64,000 bases of DNA from an uncultured Desulfarculus sp. (GCA_963665125.2 CAXXUK010000002.1:1024001-1088000), one strand, 5' to 3'. Shown: positions 9,321 through 19,503, numbered from the stretch's first letter. A program made the numbers and translations. The notes: a model not told the origin generated them from the sequence alone.

Positions 9321-10097
9321 TTACATCCTTTGCCAATCGATCCGCCGGGCGTCGAAGACCGGTCCGTCTTTGCAGACACGCAGGTAGCCGCCGCCCTCGG
9401 CCGGTACGGCGCAGCCCAGGCATGCCCCCACGCCGCAGGCCATCTTGGCCTCCAGGCTCACCTGGCAGGGCATGCCTTTGTCTAGGCATATAGCGGCCAC
9501 GGCTTTGAGCATGGGCGCCGGGCCGCAGGCCAACACGGCGTCGCAATCGCCCAGGGCCGGGTCCATCAACTCCGTCACCAAGCCCTTGGCCCCGTGGCTG
9601 CCGTCTTCGGTGGCCCAGTTCATGGCGCAGGTGGCCTGGCCAAGGCAGTCGGCCATCAGGCCGATGAGCCCGGTGAAGCCCATTGCGCCCGGCAGGCCGC
9701 ACATCAGCGGCGCGGAAACGCCCCTGGCCGCCAGTTGTTGGGCCAGAAAGTGAAGCGGGGCGATGCCCATGCCTCCGGCCACCAATGCCGGTTTTTTAAA
9801 TTCCAGGGAAAAACCATTGCCCAGGGGACCCCACATGCCCAGTTTGCCGCCGGGCTCCAGTCCCCTGAGCAGGCCGGTGCCCTTGCCCACGACCTTGTAC
9901 AGGATGCTGATCCTGTCGCCCTGGGCATTGTGCACGCCAAAGGGCCGGGCCAGCAGCGGGTCCAGCCCGTCGGCGACTCGGAGCATGATGAACTGGCCGG
10001 GCCGGGCCTGGGCGGCGGCCTCGGGGGCCTCCAACTCCATCAGGAAGATATCTTGTTCCACTTGGCGGTGGCTGGTAATGGTCGCCTTGTCGTTCAC
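9321..10097 (-). CDS. pyrK: Dihydroorotate dehydrogenase electron transfer subunit
   Basis: RPFGV, GPLGNGF, CGPAPML, MACGVGACLGC...VCKDGPVF. Confidence 0.95.
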   Translation of the reverse strand: MNDKATITSHRQVEQDIFLMELEAPEAAAQARPGQFIMLRVADGLDPLLARPFGVHNAQGDRISILYKVVGKGTGLLRGLEPGGKLGMWGPLGNGFSLEFKKPALVAGGMGIAPLHFLAQQLAARGVSAPLMCGLPGAMGFTGLIGLMADCLGQATCAMNWATEDGSHGAKGLVTELMDPALGDCDAVLACGPAPMLKAVAAICLDKGMPCQVSLEAKMACGVGACLGCAVPAEGGGYLRVCKDGPVFDARRIDWQRM

Positions 10098-10858
10098 GAA
10101 TGGTCCTTATTTGGCCGCAGGGCGGCTATGGTGCCGAAGCGGCCGGTGACGCCGTCGCGGCGGTATGAAAAAAACCTGTGGTCGCACTTGGTGCACAGGC
10201 CGCTGGCCTCGATGTTTTCCGGGCGCATTCCGCATTTGGTCAACTGGGCCTTGGTGGCCTCCACCAGGTCGAAGTGGGTGTCGTTGACCCGGAATTGGCT
10301 GAACCAGCCGGGCAGCTCATCTCGCCAGTTGACGAATTCGCCGCAGCAGGCCCCCAGGCTGGGCGATATGGCCGCCCTGATCTTGGCCGGGTCGGCGTTG
10401 TATTTGTGGCGCAGCATATCCACGCCCACGGCGGGCATGTTTTGCACGTTGCCCCGCCATCCCACATGCAGATTGGCCAGGACCCCGGCCTCGGGCTCGT
10501 AGAGGATGACCGCCTGGCAGTCGGCCTGCTTGATCAATAGGCCCACGCCGGGCGTTGTGGTGACCAGACCGTCGGCCTCGGCTATCCGGCCGGTTGCGCC
10601 GGGTCCGGCTTCGGCTATCTCCACGCCGTGGACCTGTTTGGCGAAGACCAGGCTGTCCAGGCCCAGGGCAAGTTGGAGTTCATCCAGATTGCGCCGCACC
10701 ATGTCCGGTTCGCCGTGGCCGAAGGCCAAGTTCATATGATCCGGCCGGTCCGGGTTCGCCCCGCCGTTGCGGGTGGTTACCGCGTGGGCCAGCCCAGGCT
10801 CGGCGGCCAGGGACGAAAAGCCCATCAGATCCAGGCCGTTTATTTGCACCTCAAACAT
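10094..10858 (-). CDS. pgeF: YfiH/PgeF family protein
   Basis: QVHG, ADGLVT, ADCQAV, HVGWRG, CTKC..FFSYRR. Confidence 0.93.
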   Translation of the reverse strand: MFEVQINGLDLMGFSSLAAEPGLAHAVTTRNGGANPDRPDHMNLAFGHGEPDMVRRNLDELQLALGLDSLVFAKQVHGVEIAEAGPGATGRIAEADGLVTTTPGVGLLIKQADCQAVILYEPEAGVLANLHVGWRGNVQNMPAVGVDMLRHKYNADPAKIRAAISPSLGACCGEFVNWRDELPGWFSQFRVNDTHFDLVEATKAQLTKCGMRPENIEASGLCTKCDHRFFSYRRDGVTGRFGTIAALRPNKDHS

Positions 10859-10917
10859 GAATGTAATTTACCCTGCCTTGGCCCGGACAGTCAAAGGTCC
10901 GCCACATGGGCTGTTGC

Positions 10918-12171
10918 CTAGCTGCGGTAGGCCACGTTGAGTTCGATATAGCCATGGTCCAAGTCGCTGGCCATGATCCAATACTCCGCATCGCCAAGCC
11001 CAAGGTCGATGCGTACGCTGACCCTGGGCACCTTCATGGCATCCCCGGCCCGCTTTTCGGCCTCGACGCTGGTGCGCAGGCCGCCTTCGGCCACCTGGAT
11101 CTCCTGGATCCATACCTTGGCCTTGGCCGGGTCAAAGGGCAGGTCTTCCCTGGCGGCCTCGGCCCCTGCCGCCGAGAGCATGCGGCCCCAGTAGGCGTCC
11201 GGGCTGGCGATGGCCGTCTTGACCAGGGGCGAGTTGCCGATGGCAAAGGCCAGCTTGCGGGCGCTTTTTACGTCCGCCGCGCCGTTGAGGTGGAACAGGG
11301 CCATGCGTCCGGCCCCTTCGCCGTCGCAGACCATCATCTGGGCCAGGTCCTGGGCAACTCTGGTCACGGCTTCGGTCAGGGCCTCGATCCCCGCCGCGCC
11401 CGGCTCCAGGCGCTTGTTGTCCGCCTTGCCGCTGGCCAACAGCAATGCCGTGTCATTGGTGGACATGTCGCCGTCGACGGTAATGCGGTGGAAACTGTAG
11501 TCCAGGGCCGAGCGCAGCACCTGCTTGAGCGCCTCGGGCGAGGCGTCGGCGTCGGTGAGGATGAAGCACAGGGTCGTGGCCATGTCCGGCCGGATCATGC
11601 CCGCGCCCTTGGTCATGCCCACAACGGTCACGGTCTTGCCGTCGATCACCGCCTGGGCAGAAGACATCTTGCGGAAGGCGTCGGTGGTCATGATGGCCCC
11701 GGCCGCTTCTTCGATGCCATCCGGGCGCAGGCCGCTTTTCAGGGCCTCGAGCTTGGCGCAGACCTTTGCGTCGTCCAAAACCTGGCCGATGACGCCGGTG
11801 GAGCAGGGGATGATCTGTTCGGCGGTGCAGCCCAGGACCTTGGCCGTTCCGGCGCAGGTGCGCAGGCAGGCGTCCAGGCCGGGCTGGCCGGTGGCCGCGT
11901 TGGCCCCGCCGCTGTTGGCCAGGATGGCTTTGATCTTGCCCACGGCGATGTTGGCCCTGGCCACGCCCACCGGCGCGGCAAACATGCGGTTGGTGGTGAA
12001 CATGCCCGCAGCGTCGGCGGGCTCGTCGGCCACGATCAGGGTCAGGTCTTCCCGTCCGTCGGCGCGCAGGCCGCAGGCGATGGCCGCGGCCTTGAAGCCG
12101 GCAACCATGGTTTGGGCCGGTTCGGGGCAATACTTGAGAGGGCCTTCTATAAGTTTCGGCAAAAAGCTCAT
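10918..12171 (-). CDS. argJ: Glutamate N-acetyltransferase / ornithine acetyltransferase
   Basis: NSGGANAATG, STGVIG, IMTTD, KGAGMIRPDMAT, DGDMSTND; start estimated. Confidence 0.95.
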   Translation of the reverse strand: MSFLPKLIEGPLKYCPEPAQTMVAGFKAAAIACGLRADGREDLTLIVADEPADAAGMFTTNRMFAAPVGVARANIAVGKIKAILANSGGANAATGQPGLDACLRTCAGTAKVLGCTAEQIIPCSTGVIGQVLDDAKVCAKLEALKSGLRPDGIEEAAGAIMTTDAFRKMSSAQAVIDGKTVTVVGMTKGAGMIRPDMATTLCFILTDADASPEALKQVLRSALDYSFHRITVDGDMSTNDTALLLASGKADNKRLEPGAAGIEALTEAVTRVAQDLAQMMVCDGEGAGRMALFHLNGAADVKSARKLAFAIGNSPLVKTAIASPDAYWGRMLSAAGAEAAREDLPFDPAKAKVWIQEIQVAEGGLRTSVEAEKRAGDAMKVPRVSVRIDLGLGDAEYWIMASDLDHGYIELNVAYRS

Positions 12172-12357
12172 TTGGCTCTTCCCCATGCAGTCTAGGGTTG
12201 CTATTTCAACAGGGGCCACGTTGCCGGAGGCAAAATGCGTTCAGGCATTTTACTACATTCAATGATATCAGGCGCGTCATAAGTCCTGCTTGACCCTTGC
12301 TGACGCGCCGTAGTAATAACCATCAATGGCTTGATCTGACGCCGCATTGGAGGACTT

Positions 12358-13710
12358 TTGGGTAAGAGCAGCGTTGATATCCTCGTATTGGGCTGCGGTC
12401 CGGCCGGTCTGGGCGCGGGCCTGCGTCTGGCCGAAAGGGGCGACTGCTCCTGGGCCGTTCTGGAAGCGGCGGACAATGCCGCCGGTCTGAGTGCTTCGAT
12501 CACCGATGACAATGGTTTCACCTGGGACCTGGGCGGTCATGTGTTCTTCTCCAACTACCCGGAATTCGGCCAATTGATGGACCGGGCCACGGGCGGGACA
12601 ATGGCCCTGAGGAACCGCCGGGCAATTGTCTATTACAAGGACCGCTGGGTGGATTTTCCGTTCCAGAATCATCTAGGCATGCTGCCGAAGTCCGATGCCA
12701 AACGCTGCGCCAAGGACCTGCAGGCCGCGCCCGGCGGCAAACCGGGCCAGAACTTCGAATCCTGGAGTGTTGATGTCTACGGAGCGGCCCTGGCCGAGGT
12801 GTTTTTTCACCCCTTCAACGCCAAGCTCTGGCAAACGCCCCTGAAACAGATGGGCAGCCAATGGGTGGGTCAGAGGGTGGCCCCGCCCGAGACCAAGGAC
12901 GGCGCCGCATCCTGGGGCCCCAACAATTCCTACTACTACCCGGAAAAAGGCGGTTGCGCCGCGCCGTTCGTGAACCTTGCCGGCGATCTGGGTTCAAATG
13001 TCAAATACGGCCAGGCCGTTGAAACAGTGGACCTGGACAAACGCCGGGTTGTCTGCGCGGGCGGCGGGTCCTGGGGCTTTGAGCGCCTGGTGTCCACCAT
13101 TCCCCTGAACAGGCTGGTGGAGATCATCAAGCCGCAACCTCCGGCGGATGTACTCCGGGCCGCGGCCGCGCTACGCCACAACCAGATGTGGCTGGTGGGA
13201 CTGGGCTATGATCAACCCACGCCGGATGTGGCTGGATCGTGGATGTATTTCCCCGAGACGCGCTGGCCCTTTCAGAGGCTGACCAACATGGCCGCCCATA
13301 GCCCCGGCAACCTGCCCGGCGGCGACCCGTCGCGCCAGAGCGCCTGGCTGGCCGAGGTGCCGGTGCGCAAGCGCCGGGCCTGGCGGCCCGACGCCCTGGT
13401 CAAGATGCTGCACCAGTCCCTGGCCGATATCGGCTTCAGGAAACCGGATGCCCAGCCGGTTAGCAGCTTTACACACTACCTGCCCATGGCCTATCCTGTG
13501 CCTACGTTGGGGCGCGAAGACGCCCTGGCCGAAATCCACTGCTGGCTGGAGTATCAGGACATCCTCAGCCGGGGTCGTTTCGGCGGCTGGATCTATGAGG
13601 TCGGCAATATGGACCACGCCGTTATCATGGGGCGTGAGGCAGTGGACAGATTTCTTGACGACAAGGGCGAGCAATTATGGATAGCGCAGTGGAGACTCCT
13701 GAAACCGTAG
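12358..13710 (+). CDS. FAD-dependent enzyme resembling eukaryote-type UDP-galactopyranose mutase
   Basis: GxGxxG; DLGGHVFFS; WVGQRVA; WGPN; AYPVPT; RGRFGGWIYEVGNMDH. Confidence 0.75.
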   Translation: MGKSSVDILVLGCGPAGLGAGLRLAERGDCSWAVLEAADNAAGLSASITDDNGFTWDLGGHVFFSNYPEFGQLMDRATGGTMALRNRRAIVYYKDRWVDFPFQNHLGMLPKSDAKRCAKDLQAAPGGKPGQNFESWSVDVYGAALAEVFFHPFNAKLWQTPLKQMGSQWVGQRVAPPETKDGAASWGPNNSYYYPEKGGCAAPFVNLAGDLGSNVKYGQAVETVDLDKRRVVCAGGGSWGFERLVSTIPLNRLVEIIKPQPPADVLRAAAALRHNQMWLVGLGYDQPTPDVAGSWMYFPETRWPFQRLTNMAAHSPGNLPGGDPSRQSAWLAEVPVRKRRAWRPDALVKMLHQSLADIGFRKPDAQPVSSFTHYLPMAYPVPTLGREDALAEIHCWLEYQDILSRGRFGGWIYEVGNMDHAVIMGREAVDRFLDDKGEQLWIAQWRLLKP

Positions 13711-14393
13711 ACGTGGTCATGCCCGCCTACAACGAGGAAGAGGCCATCGAGCTTGCCGTGATGGAGGTTCTTGAGTCCATCGTCTTGAAGCTGCCCGGCT
13801 CTCGGCTGATCGTCGTGGACGACGGCAGCACCGACAGCACCAGGGACATCCTCTACGCCTTGTCCGAAAAACACAATGAAATCAAGGTCATCAGCCAGAC
13901 CAACGCCGGGCATGGTCCGGCCCTGGTTACGGGCATGGCCCTGAGCAGCGCGCCGTGGATATTTTTGATCGACTCCGACCGCCAGCAGGACGCGGCCGAT
14001 TTTTGGAACCTGTGGAACGTGCGCGATGAAAACGACCTTGTCATGGGCGTGCGCCAGGGCCGCGACGACGGCAAGGGCCGGGCGGTGATCAGCGCGGGTC
14101 TGCGCCAACTGGGCCTAATCTTGTTCGGGGCCCGCCTGTCCGACCCCAACGTGCCGTTCAAACTTGTGTCCCGGCGTTTGTGGGTGGTGGCCGGGCCCAT
14201 CATAGGCCCCTGCTGCCTTATCCCTTCGGCGGCGTTGGCCCTCATCGCCTCCCGCCGCAACTTCGCCATCGCCGAGGTGCCCATCAGCCACCGGGACCGC
14301 CAGGGCGGCAAGACCACGCTTATCGGCTGGCGTTTGATTCGCCTGTGCCTGCGGGCGGCCCATCAACTCCTGCGGCTGCGGCGGGTCGCCTGA
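13677..14393 (+). CDS. GT2 glycosyltransferase, polyprenol-phosphate sugar synthase-like
   Basis: VVMPAYNEE, VVDDGSTD, NAGHG, IDSDRQ, EVPISHRDR. Confidence 0.88.
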   Translation: MDSAVETPETVDVVMPAYNEEEAIELAVMEVLESIVLKLPGSRLIVVDDGSTDSTRDILYALSEKHNEIKVISQTNAGHGPALVTGMALSSAPWIFLIDSDRQQDAADFWNLWNVRDENDLVMGVRQGRDDGKGRAVISAGLRQLGLILFGARLSDPNVPFKLVSRRLWVVAGPIIGPCCLIPSAALALIASRRNFAIAEVPISHRDRQGGKTTLIGWRLIRLCLRAAHQLLRLRRVA

Positions 14394-16245
14394 CGAATAT
14401 GGTCACATCCTTGCGGTAGGGCCATTTTTTCAGGTCCCGGCCCGGAAACTCGTGGCTGATAAAGTAATCGCCCAGCATGCTCCAATACGAGGCCTGGCCC
14501 AGCTTGGCCTTGAAGTCATCCCAGCTTAGATATTGATAATCCTGGATCGGCCACCAGACTATGGTCACAATCTCGCTGTCGTGGGTCTTCGCCAGCAGGT
14601 CTTGCATTTTTTGGTCGGGCGCGTGGTAGATAAGCGCGGCGGCCTTGACTCTCTGATCGTCATTGGCGTGGGCGTCCAGCCGAACCTTGGGGAACAGGCG
14701 GGAGTACCAGGCCATGGGCCAAGCCGACTCCTGGTCATAGATCACCTCGCCATTTTCCGGGTCGGCCTTGGCCACGGCCAGGGCCTGTTCCAGTCCGGGC
14801 TTGAGGAACGGCGTGGCGTGGGCATAGATCAACAGCTCGTGGGCCAGCTCGGGCTGGAAGTACACGGCCCGCAGGCTCACCCGCAGGCTATGGGCGGCGG
14901 CAAGCGCCAAAAGGGCGATGCCGCACCAGGCCAAGACTTTTTTTGCCGGGTTTGCGCCGGCCCGGCCCAGCCATGCCCACACCCGGTCCAGCCACCAGCC
15001 GCCCAACAGGCACAGGGGCAGGCCGATGTGCACCATGAGCCAGGGCATTTTTTCCCCGGCGATGCTGTAGGCCACCATGGCGTAGACCGCCCAAAATGCC
15101 GCCAGCAGGGGCAGCCACGGTTCGCCGCCCAAGGCCTTTGACTCCCCGGGCCAGTTGCGGCGGCTCCTGACCAGGGCCACACCGCCGCCGACGCCCAGAA
15201 CAAGGGGCAAAAACTCATACAAGGCCGTGAGCATCAAATAGTAGAACCAGGGCTGGCCGCCCCTGGCCACGCCGTGCTGGCCCAGCCAATATCCGGCGCT
15301 GCCCACGAATCCGCTGATCACGCCGCCGGGCAGGTTGCGCAGGAAATTGCTGAACAACAACATGTCAATGAGCCACATCAGACAGGCCGCCGCCAGGACA
15401 TCCAGCACGCCCAATTGGGTTGGCCGCCCGCCCCAGAGTTTGTGTTTGCCGAACCAGAGCCAGGCCAGCGCCGCGGCAACCAGGCCCATGGCTCCGATGA
15501 CGATCTTGCCGTGCAGCTGGGCCTGAGGGCTGACGAAATCCGCCGGATTCCAGCCCAGGACCATGTGCACCATTGGCGAGGCAAAGGGCAGGGCCATCAC
15601 CAGCATGATCCAGGCCGCCTGACAGGCGCTGTTGTGGCGGATGCTTTTGCCCCCGCGCCTGGCCCGCAACAGGCCCAGGACCATCAGATACGCGCCGATG
15701 AACGCGCCGAAGATGAAGACGGTTTCCTTGCAGGCAAAGGCCAGGGCCATGACCACGGCCATGCCCCAGAGCCAGCCGCGGCCCCTGACGGCCACGAAGC
15801 GCATCAGCGCCCAAAGCCAGACCAGGCACAACAGGGCGAAGAGCACGTCATTGCGCATGTAGCGGCTGTAATAGAGCAGGCTGGGGCTGAAGGCCAGCAG
15901 CAGGCCCGCGGCCAGGGCTCCCATCCGGCCCAGATGCCGCCTGAACAGCAGCGGCGCGGCCACCAGGGCCGTACCGGCCAGGGTGAAGATGACCCGGGCG
16001 CTGAAGTCGCCGGCCCCGAACAGCCAGAAGATGCCGGCGTTGAGCTGGAACAACAGCGGCCCGTGCATCATGGGGTCGTGGTTGTGGATGCCCCAAAGGG
16101 CCAGGTGGTTGCTGAAATAGGCGTGCAGGCTCTCATCGTGGCTCATGGCCCGCAGACCCAAATCCCAAAGGCGCATGACCAGGGACCCGGCCAGCAGTAC
16201 TGCCCAGAGGACGACCTCGGCGGTTTTCTTGGCGCCTTGCTTCAC
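14320..16245 (-). CDS. TIGR03663/Agl23-like polytopic membrane protein (GT-C/PMT-like)
   Basis: HDESLH, DPMMHGP, YYSRYMRND, KE, EKMPW; many TM segments. Confidence 0.78.
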   Translation of the reverse strand: MKQGAKKTAEVVLWAVLLAGSLVMRLWDLGLRAMSHDESLHAYFSNHLALWGIHNHDPMMHGPLLFQLNAGIFWLFGAGDFSARVIFTLAGTALVAAPLLFRRHLGRMGALAAGLLLAFSPSLLYYSRYMRNDVLFALLCLVWLWALMRFVAVRGRGWLWGMAVVMALAFACKETVFIFGAFIGAYLMVLGLLRARRGGKSIRHNSACQAAWIMLVMALPFASPMVHMVLGWNPADFVSPQAQLHGKIVIGAMGLVAAALAWLWFGKHKLWGGRPTQLGVLDVLAAACLMWLIDMLLFSNFLRNLPGGVISGFVGSAGYWLGQHGVARGGQPWFYYLMLTALYEFLPLVLGVGGGVALVRSRRNWPGESKALGGEPWLPLLAAFWAVYAMVAYSIAGEKMPWLMVHIGLPLCLLGGWWLDRVWAWLGRAGANPAKKVLAWCGIALLALAAAHSLRVSLRAVYFQPELAHELLIYAHATPFLKPGLEQALAVAKADPENGEVIYDQESAWPMAWYSRLFPKVRLDAHANDDQRVKAAALIYHAPDQKMQDLLAKTHDSEIVTIVWWPIQDYQYLSWDDFKAKLGQASYWSMLGDYFISHEFPGRDLKKWPYRKDVTIFVRRPAAAAGVDGPPAGTGESNASR

Positions 16246-18503
16246 TTGGATTCCTCCGCCGGGGTGGTCAGCCGGTAGATTTCATAGCCGCCGTTTTTAT
16301 AGACAAGATGACCCAGCCGGGAAAGAGTATGGCCGTACGGCGGCAGGCCGTATGTCCGGCGTTCCTTGGGGCCCACCAGAACCAAGTCGCCGCCCAGGTC
16401 TGCCGCGGCCAGGAGTATTTCCGTGCTGCCGACGCCTTTGTAAATGGTGTCCAGGGCCTTGTTGATGTTTTCCAACCTGGAGCCCAGCCTGCCGCCCCGC
16501 CATTGCCATTGGTGGCCCTCCCAGCCCATGGGCGCGGGACGGCCCGTGAAGCTGCTGACGGCGTTGTCCATCCAATTGTAGGGCTGGCCCTTGGCCTGAA
16601 TGATCACTTGGCCGGGCTCGGTGTTGTCGCCCACCCAGCGAATGGCGGTCGCCAGGTTCATAGAGAACCGCTCCATGGCCTTGACCGTATCCATGGTGCG
16701 GGCCTGGGGCTGGTCGGGCTTGAGCAGGGGCCAGGACAACACCGCGCCGTAGGACAGACCGAACAAGACCAGGGCCACCCAAAGGCCGGAGGCCAGCTTG
16801 CCCCAAAGGCCGCTACAGGCCGCAGCGCCCACGCCGCCACCAAGGGCCAAAAGCAGCCAGGCCAGGTAGTGGAACTTGAAGGCCGTATTCATCCGCGCAC
16901 TGAAGCCGTCCTTTAGGAAAACCACCTCCGGGGCCATGATCAGGCCCAGGCCGACCACGGCCAGCAGCACTGCGAAGCTCCAGCCCTGGTGCGGCTCGTC
17001 GCTGTTCAGGTTTTTCAGGAGCATGGCCGCGCCCAGGGCCAGGGGCGCCGCGATGATGATCAGCGACAGGGGCTGCCTCCACCAGAGGCCCAGGGAGCCC
17101 TGGCCCACCGAAGCGCCCAGAAGCACGGCCACGGGTATGCCCAGGGCCAGGGCCGCGCCGGAGGCGAGAAGGCTCTTGCCGGGCCGCAGCACGGGCCAGG
17201 CGGCAATCAGCAGGGCCAGGGCCCCGGCCAGGGGCAGGCCCACGGCCATCAACAGCTCAACCGGATTGGAGGGGGTCAGCAGGTTGTAGAGCACGCCGCC
17301 CAATGGGCTCTCGCTGGCGGCCAGATAGGGCAGGCAGGCCGCCACGGCAGCCAGCACCAGGGCAAGGGCCGAAACGCCCGCCAGGACCGTCCGGCGGGCC
17401 AGGCTTCCGCCCGAGCCGATGAATACGGCCAGGACCAACAGCGGCCACAGCCCGGCGCAGTCCCAGGCATTGGTGGCCAGGGGCAGCGCGGCCAGGATCA
17501 GCACCAAAATAAAGCCGCCGGGCAACGGCGACAGCGTCGTTGTCATCGACCGGATGAACGATGCGCCCTTTTGCAGCCGTGGGGCCAAGGCAACCGACAG
17601 GGCCAGGCCGATGATCAACAGATTCAGGGGCAGGGCCAGGACATGGGCGTGGTTGTCGCCCAGGAAAAAGCTGAAGAACGGAAATTCGTCGATGACGGCC
17701 AGGCTGTGGCCGTTGGGAAACTTGTCAATGATGACCCTGGTGGCGCTGAACCACCAGGAGGGGTCGCTGTTCATGATGCCCGTGGCCAGCAGGGCGGCCT
17801 TGATGTTGGCGCTGAAACAGACTGCCAGGGTGGTCAGGCCGCCCGCAGCCCAGGCCCGGAGGCGGCCGAGCCCCAAGGCCAGGGCCAGGTCGCGGCCCTG
17901 GCACAGACAGCCGGTGACGGCCAGGGCGAACCAGGCGCACTGGCCGATGTTGTAGCCAGTCAGGGGCCCCACGGCGGCCAGCCGTCCGGCGGCGGCCATG
18001 AGCCAGTGGCCCAGGTAGTAGTAGCTCAGCCCGTATCCGGCCAGCCAGGCGTCCTGGGGCGGCACGCCCGGCGAGACCCAGATGGAAGACAGGATCATCA
18101 TGTCCATGGGCTGCTCGGTGTGGGTCAGCCCGGGCGCGGCCGAGCGCAGCCAGGCCCAGCCGATAAACGCCGCCAGAAAAACCAGCTCCACGGTCAGGAC
18201 GTAGCGCCAATGATCAAAGATCCATTTCCACGGTCCGGCCGAACCACGGGTCCACGCCAGCGACATGACCATAGCAAAGCCCAGGGCCAGCCATATGCCC
18301 GTGGCGTCATTGGACCACAGGCCGTAGTAGCAGGCCTGCCAGTGGATCAGACCCACCAGGGCCAGGCCGCAGACCTTGGACAGGCCCCATCCTGCGCCGT
18401 CCAGGCGGGCCATCAGCCCCCTGGTCAGGGGCCAGACAACGATGGCCATGGCCTGAAGGGCCAGCCACCACTGGACCAGCTCAACAGCCATGGCCATTGC
18501 CAT
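16242..18503 (-). CDS. DUF2298 / Chlor_Arch_YYY (TIGR03662)-like membrane protein
   Basis: EQPMD, DAWLAG..LSYYYLGH, DEFPFFSFFLGDNHAH, RMNTAFKF, GWEGHQWQWR. Confidence 0.82.
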   Translation of the reverse strand: MAMAMAVELVQWWLALQAMAIVVWPLTRGLMARLDGAGWGLSKVCGLALVGLIHWQACYYGLWSNDATGIWLALGFAMVMSLAWTRGSAGPWKWIFDHWRYVLTVELVFLAAFIGWAWLRSAAPGLTHTEQPMDMMILSSIWVSPGVPPQDAWLAGYGLSYYYLGHWLMAAAGRLAAVGPLTGYNIGQCAWFALAVTGCLCQGRDLALALGLGRLRAWAAGGLTTLAVCFSANIKAALLATGIMNSDPSWWFSATRVIIDKFPNGHSLAVIDEFPFFSFFLGDNHAHVLALPLNLLIIGLALSVALAPRLQKGASFIRSMTTTLSPLPGGFILVLILAALPLATNAWDCAGLWPLLVLAVFIGSGGSLARRTVLAGVSALALVLAAVAACLPYLAASESPLGGVLYNLLTPSNPVELLMAVGLPLAGALALLIAAWPVLRPGKSLLASGAALALGIPVAVLLGASVGQGSLGLWWRQPLSLIIIAAPLALGAAMLLKNLNSDEPHQGWSFAVLLAVVGLGLIMAPEVVFLKDGFSARMNTAFKFHYLAWLLLALGGGVGAAACSGLWGKLASGLWVALVLFGLSYGAVLSWPLLKPDQPQARTMDTVKAMERFSMNLATAIRWVGDNTEPGQVIIQAKGQPYNWMDNAVSSFTGRPAPMGWEGHQWQWRGGRLGSRLENINKALDTIYKGVGSTEILLAAADLGGDLVLVGPKERRTYGLPPYGHTLSRLGHLVYKNGGYEIYRLTTPAEESK

Positions 18504-18604
18504 GAATCGGAATTGTGTTTCGCCTTTGCGCCATGTGCCCAGCTCCCGTGGATTATCAAGGACGCATTATGGCACGGCTTGGGCTAACAGGGCAACGACA
18601 GGGG

Positions 18605-19486
18605 CTAAATCCTTTCCTTGAACTCCGTGCCCAACAGGCCCTCGGGCCTGAACAGCAGCACCACGATGATGATGATAAAGGCCAGGGTGTTCTTGAAGGC
18701 CACGGAGATGAACCCTCCGGCCAGGGCCTCGGCCACGCCCAGGATCAGGCCGCCGGCGATTGCGCCGGGCAGGCTGTTGAGGCCGCCCAGGATGGCCGCG
18801 GCAAAGCCTTTGAGGAAAGGCTCTAGCATGTAGAACGGGTCCAGCAGCAAAGTCGCGGCCAGGAACAGACCAGCGATGACGCCCAGGGCCGCCGCCAGGC
18901 CCCAGGCCAGGCCCAGGACCCGCCTGGTGGGTATGCCCAGGGTCTGGGCCGCGGCCAGGTTTTCCGAGGTGGCCCGCATGGCCAGGCCCAGCTTGGTTTT
19001 TTGGACCAATAGATAAAACAGCACGCTGCCCACAATGCCCACGATCAGTGCGCCCAGACTCAGGTGGCTGACATACACGCCGCCCCAGTCGAACACATCC
19101 ACGTCCGAAAGGGGGAAGGGGAAGTCCTGGGGCTCGGTGCTGCCGAAGCGCAGGACCAGGCCCTGCAACACCAGACCTAGGCCCAGGGTCAGGATGATCT
19201 GGCCCAGGTGGGTGGCCTCCCGGCGCTGGGCCGGGATCAGCACGCCGAAGTAGAAACACATCGATACGGCCGCGCCTGCCAGGATGCCGCCGCCAAAGGC
19301 GATCCACCAGGGCTGCTCCATGCCCAGGAGCGCAAAGGCCACGAAGGCGCCGACGGTGGTGACGTCGCCATGGGCAAAGTTGAGCACCCGGTTGGCCCGG
19401 TAGATCAAGACAACGCCCAAGGCGACCAAGGCGTACAGCGCTCCCTGGGACAGTCCGGCGATGAGATACTGCAGAGTTTGGGTCAT
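18605..19486 (-). CDS. HAAT-family ABC transporter permease (LivH-like)
   Basis: GALYALVALG...VLNFAHG, GLAMRA, AAAILGG. Confidence 0.92.
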   Translation of the reverse strand: MTQTLQYLIAGLSQGALYALVALGVVLIYRANRVLNFAHGDVTTVGAFVAFALLGMEQPWWIAFGGGILAGAAVSMCFYFGVLIPAQRREATHLGQIILTLGLGLVLQGLVLRFGSTEPQDFPFPLSDVDVFDWGGVYVSHLSLGALIVGIVGSVLFYLLVQKTKLGLAMRATSENLAAAQTLGIPTRRVLGLAWGLAAALGVIAGLFLAATLLLDPFYMLEPFLKGFAAAILGGLNSLPGAIAGGLILGVAEALAGGFISVAFKNTLAFIIIIVVLLFRPEGLLGTEFKERI

Positions 19487-19503
19487 CTGTCACCTCGTCT
19501 TGA

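Noticed and set aside
14320..14393. 74-bp convergent overlap as antisense regulation
   Set aside because: Most simply a low-complexity C-terminal run-on to a late stop codon
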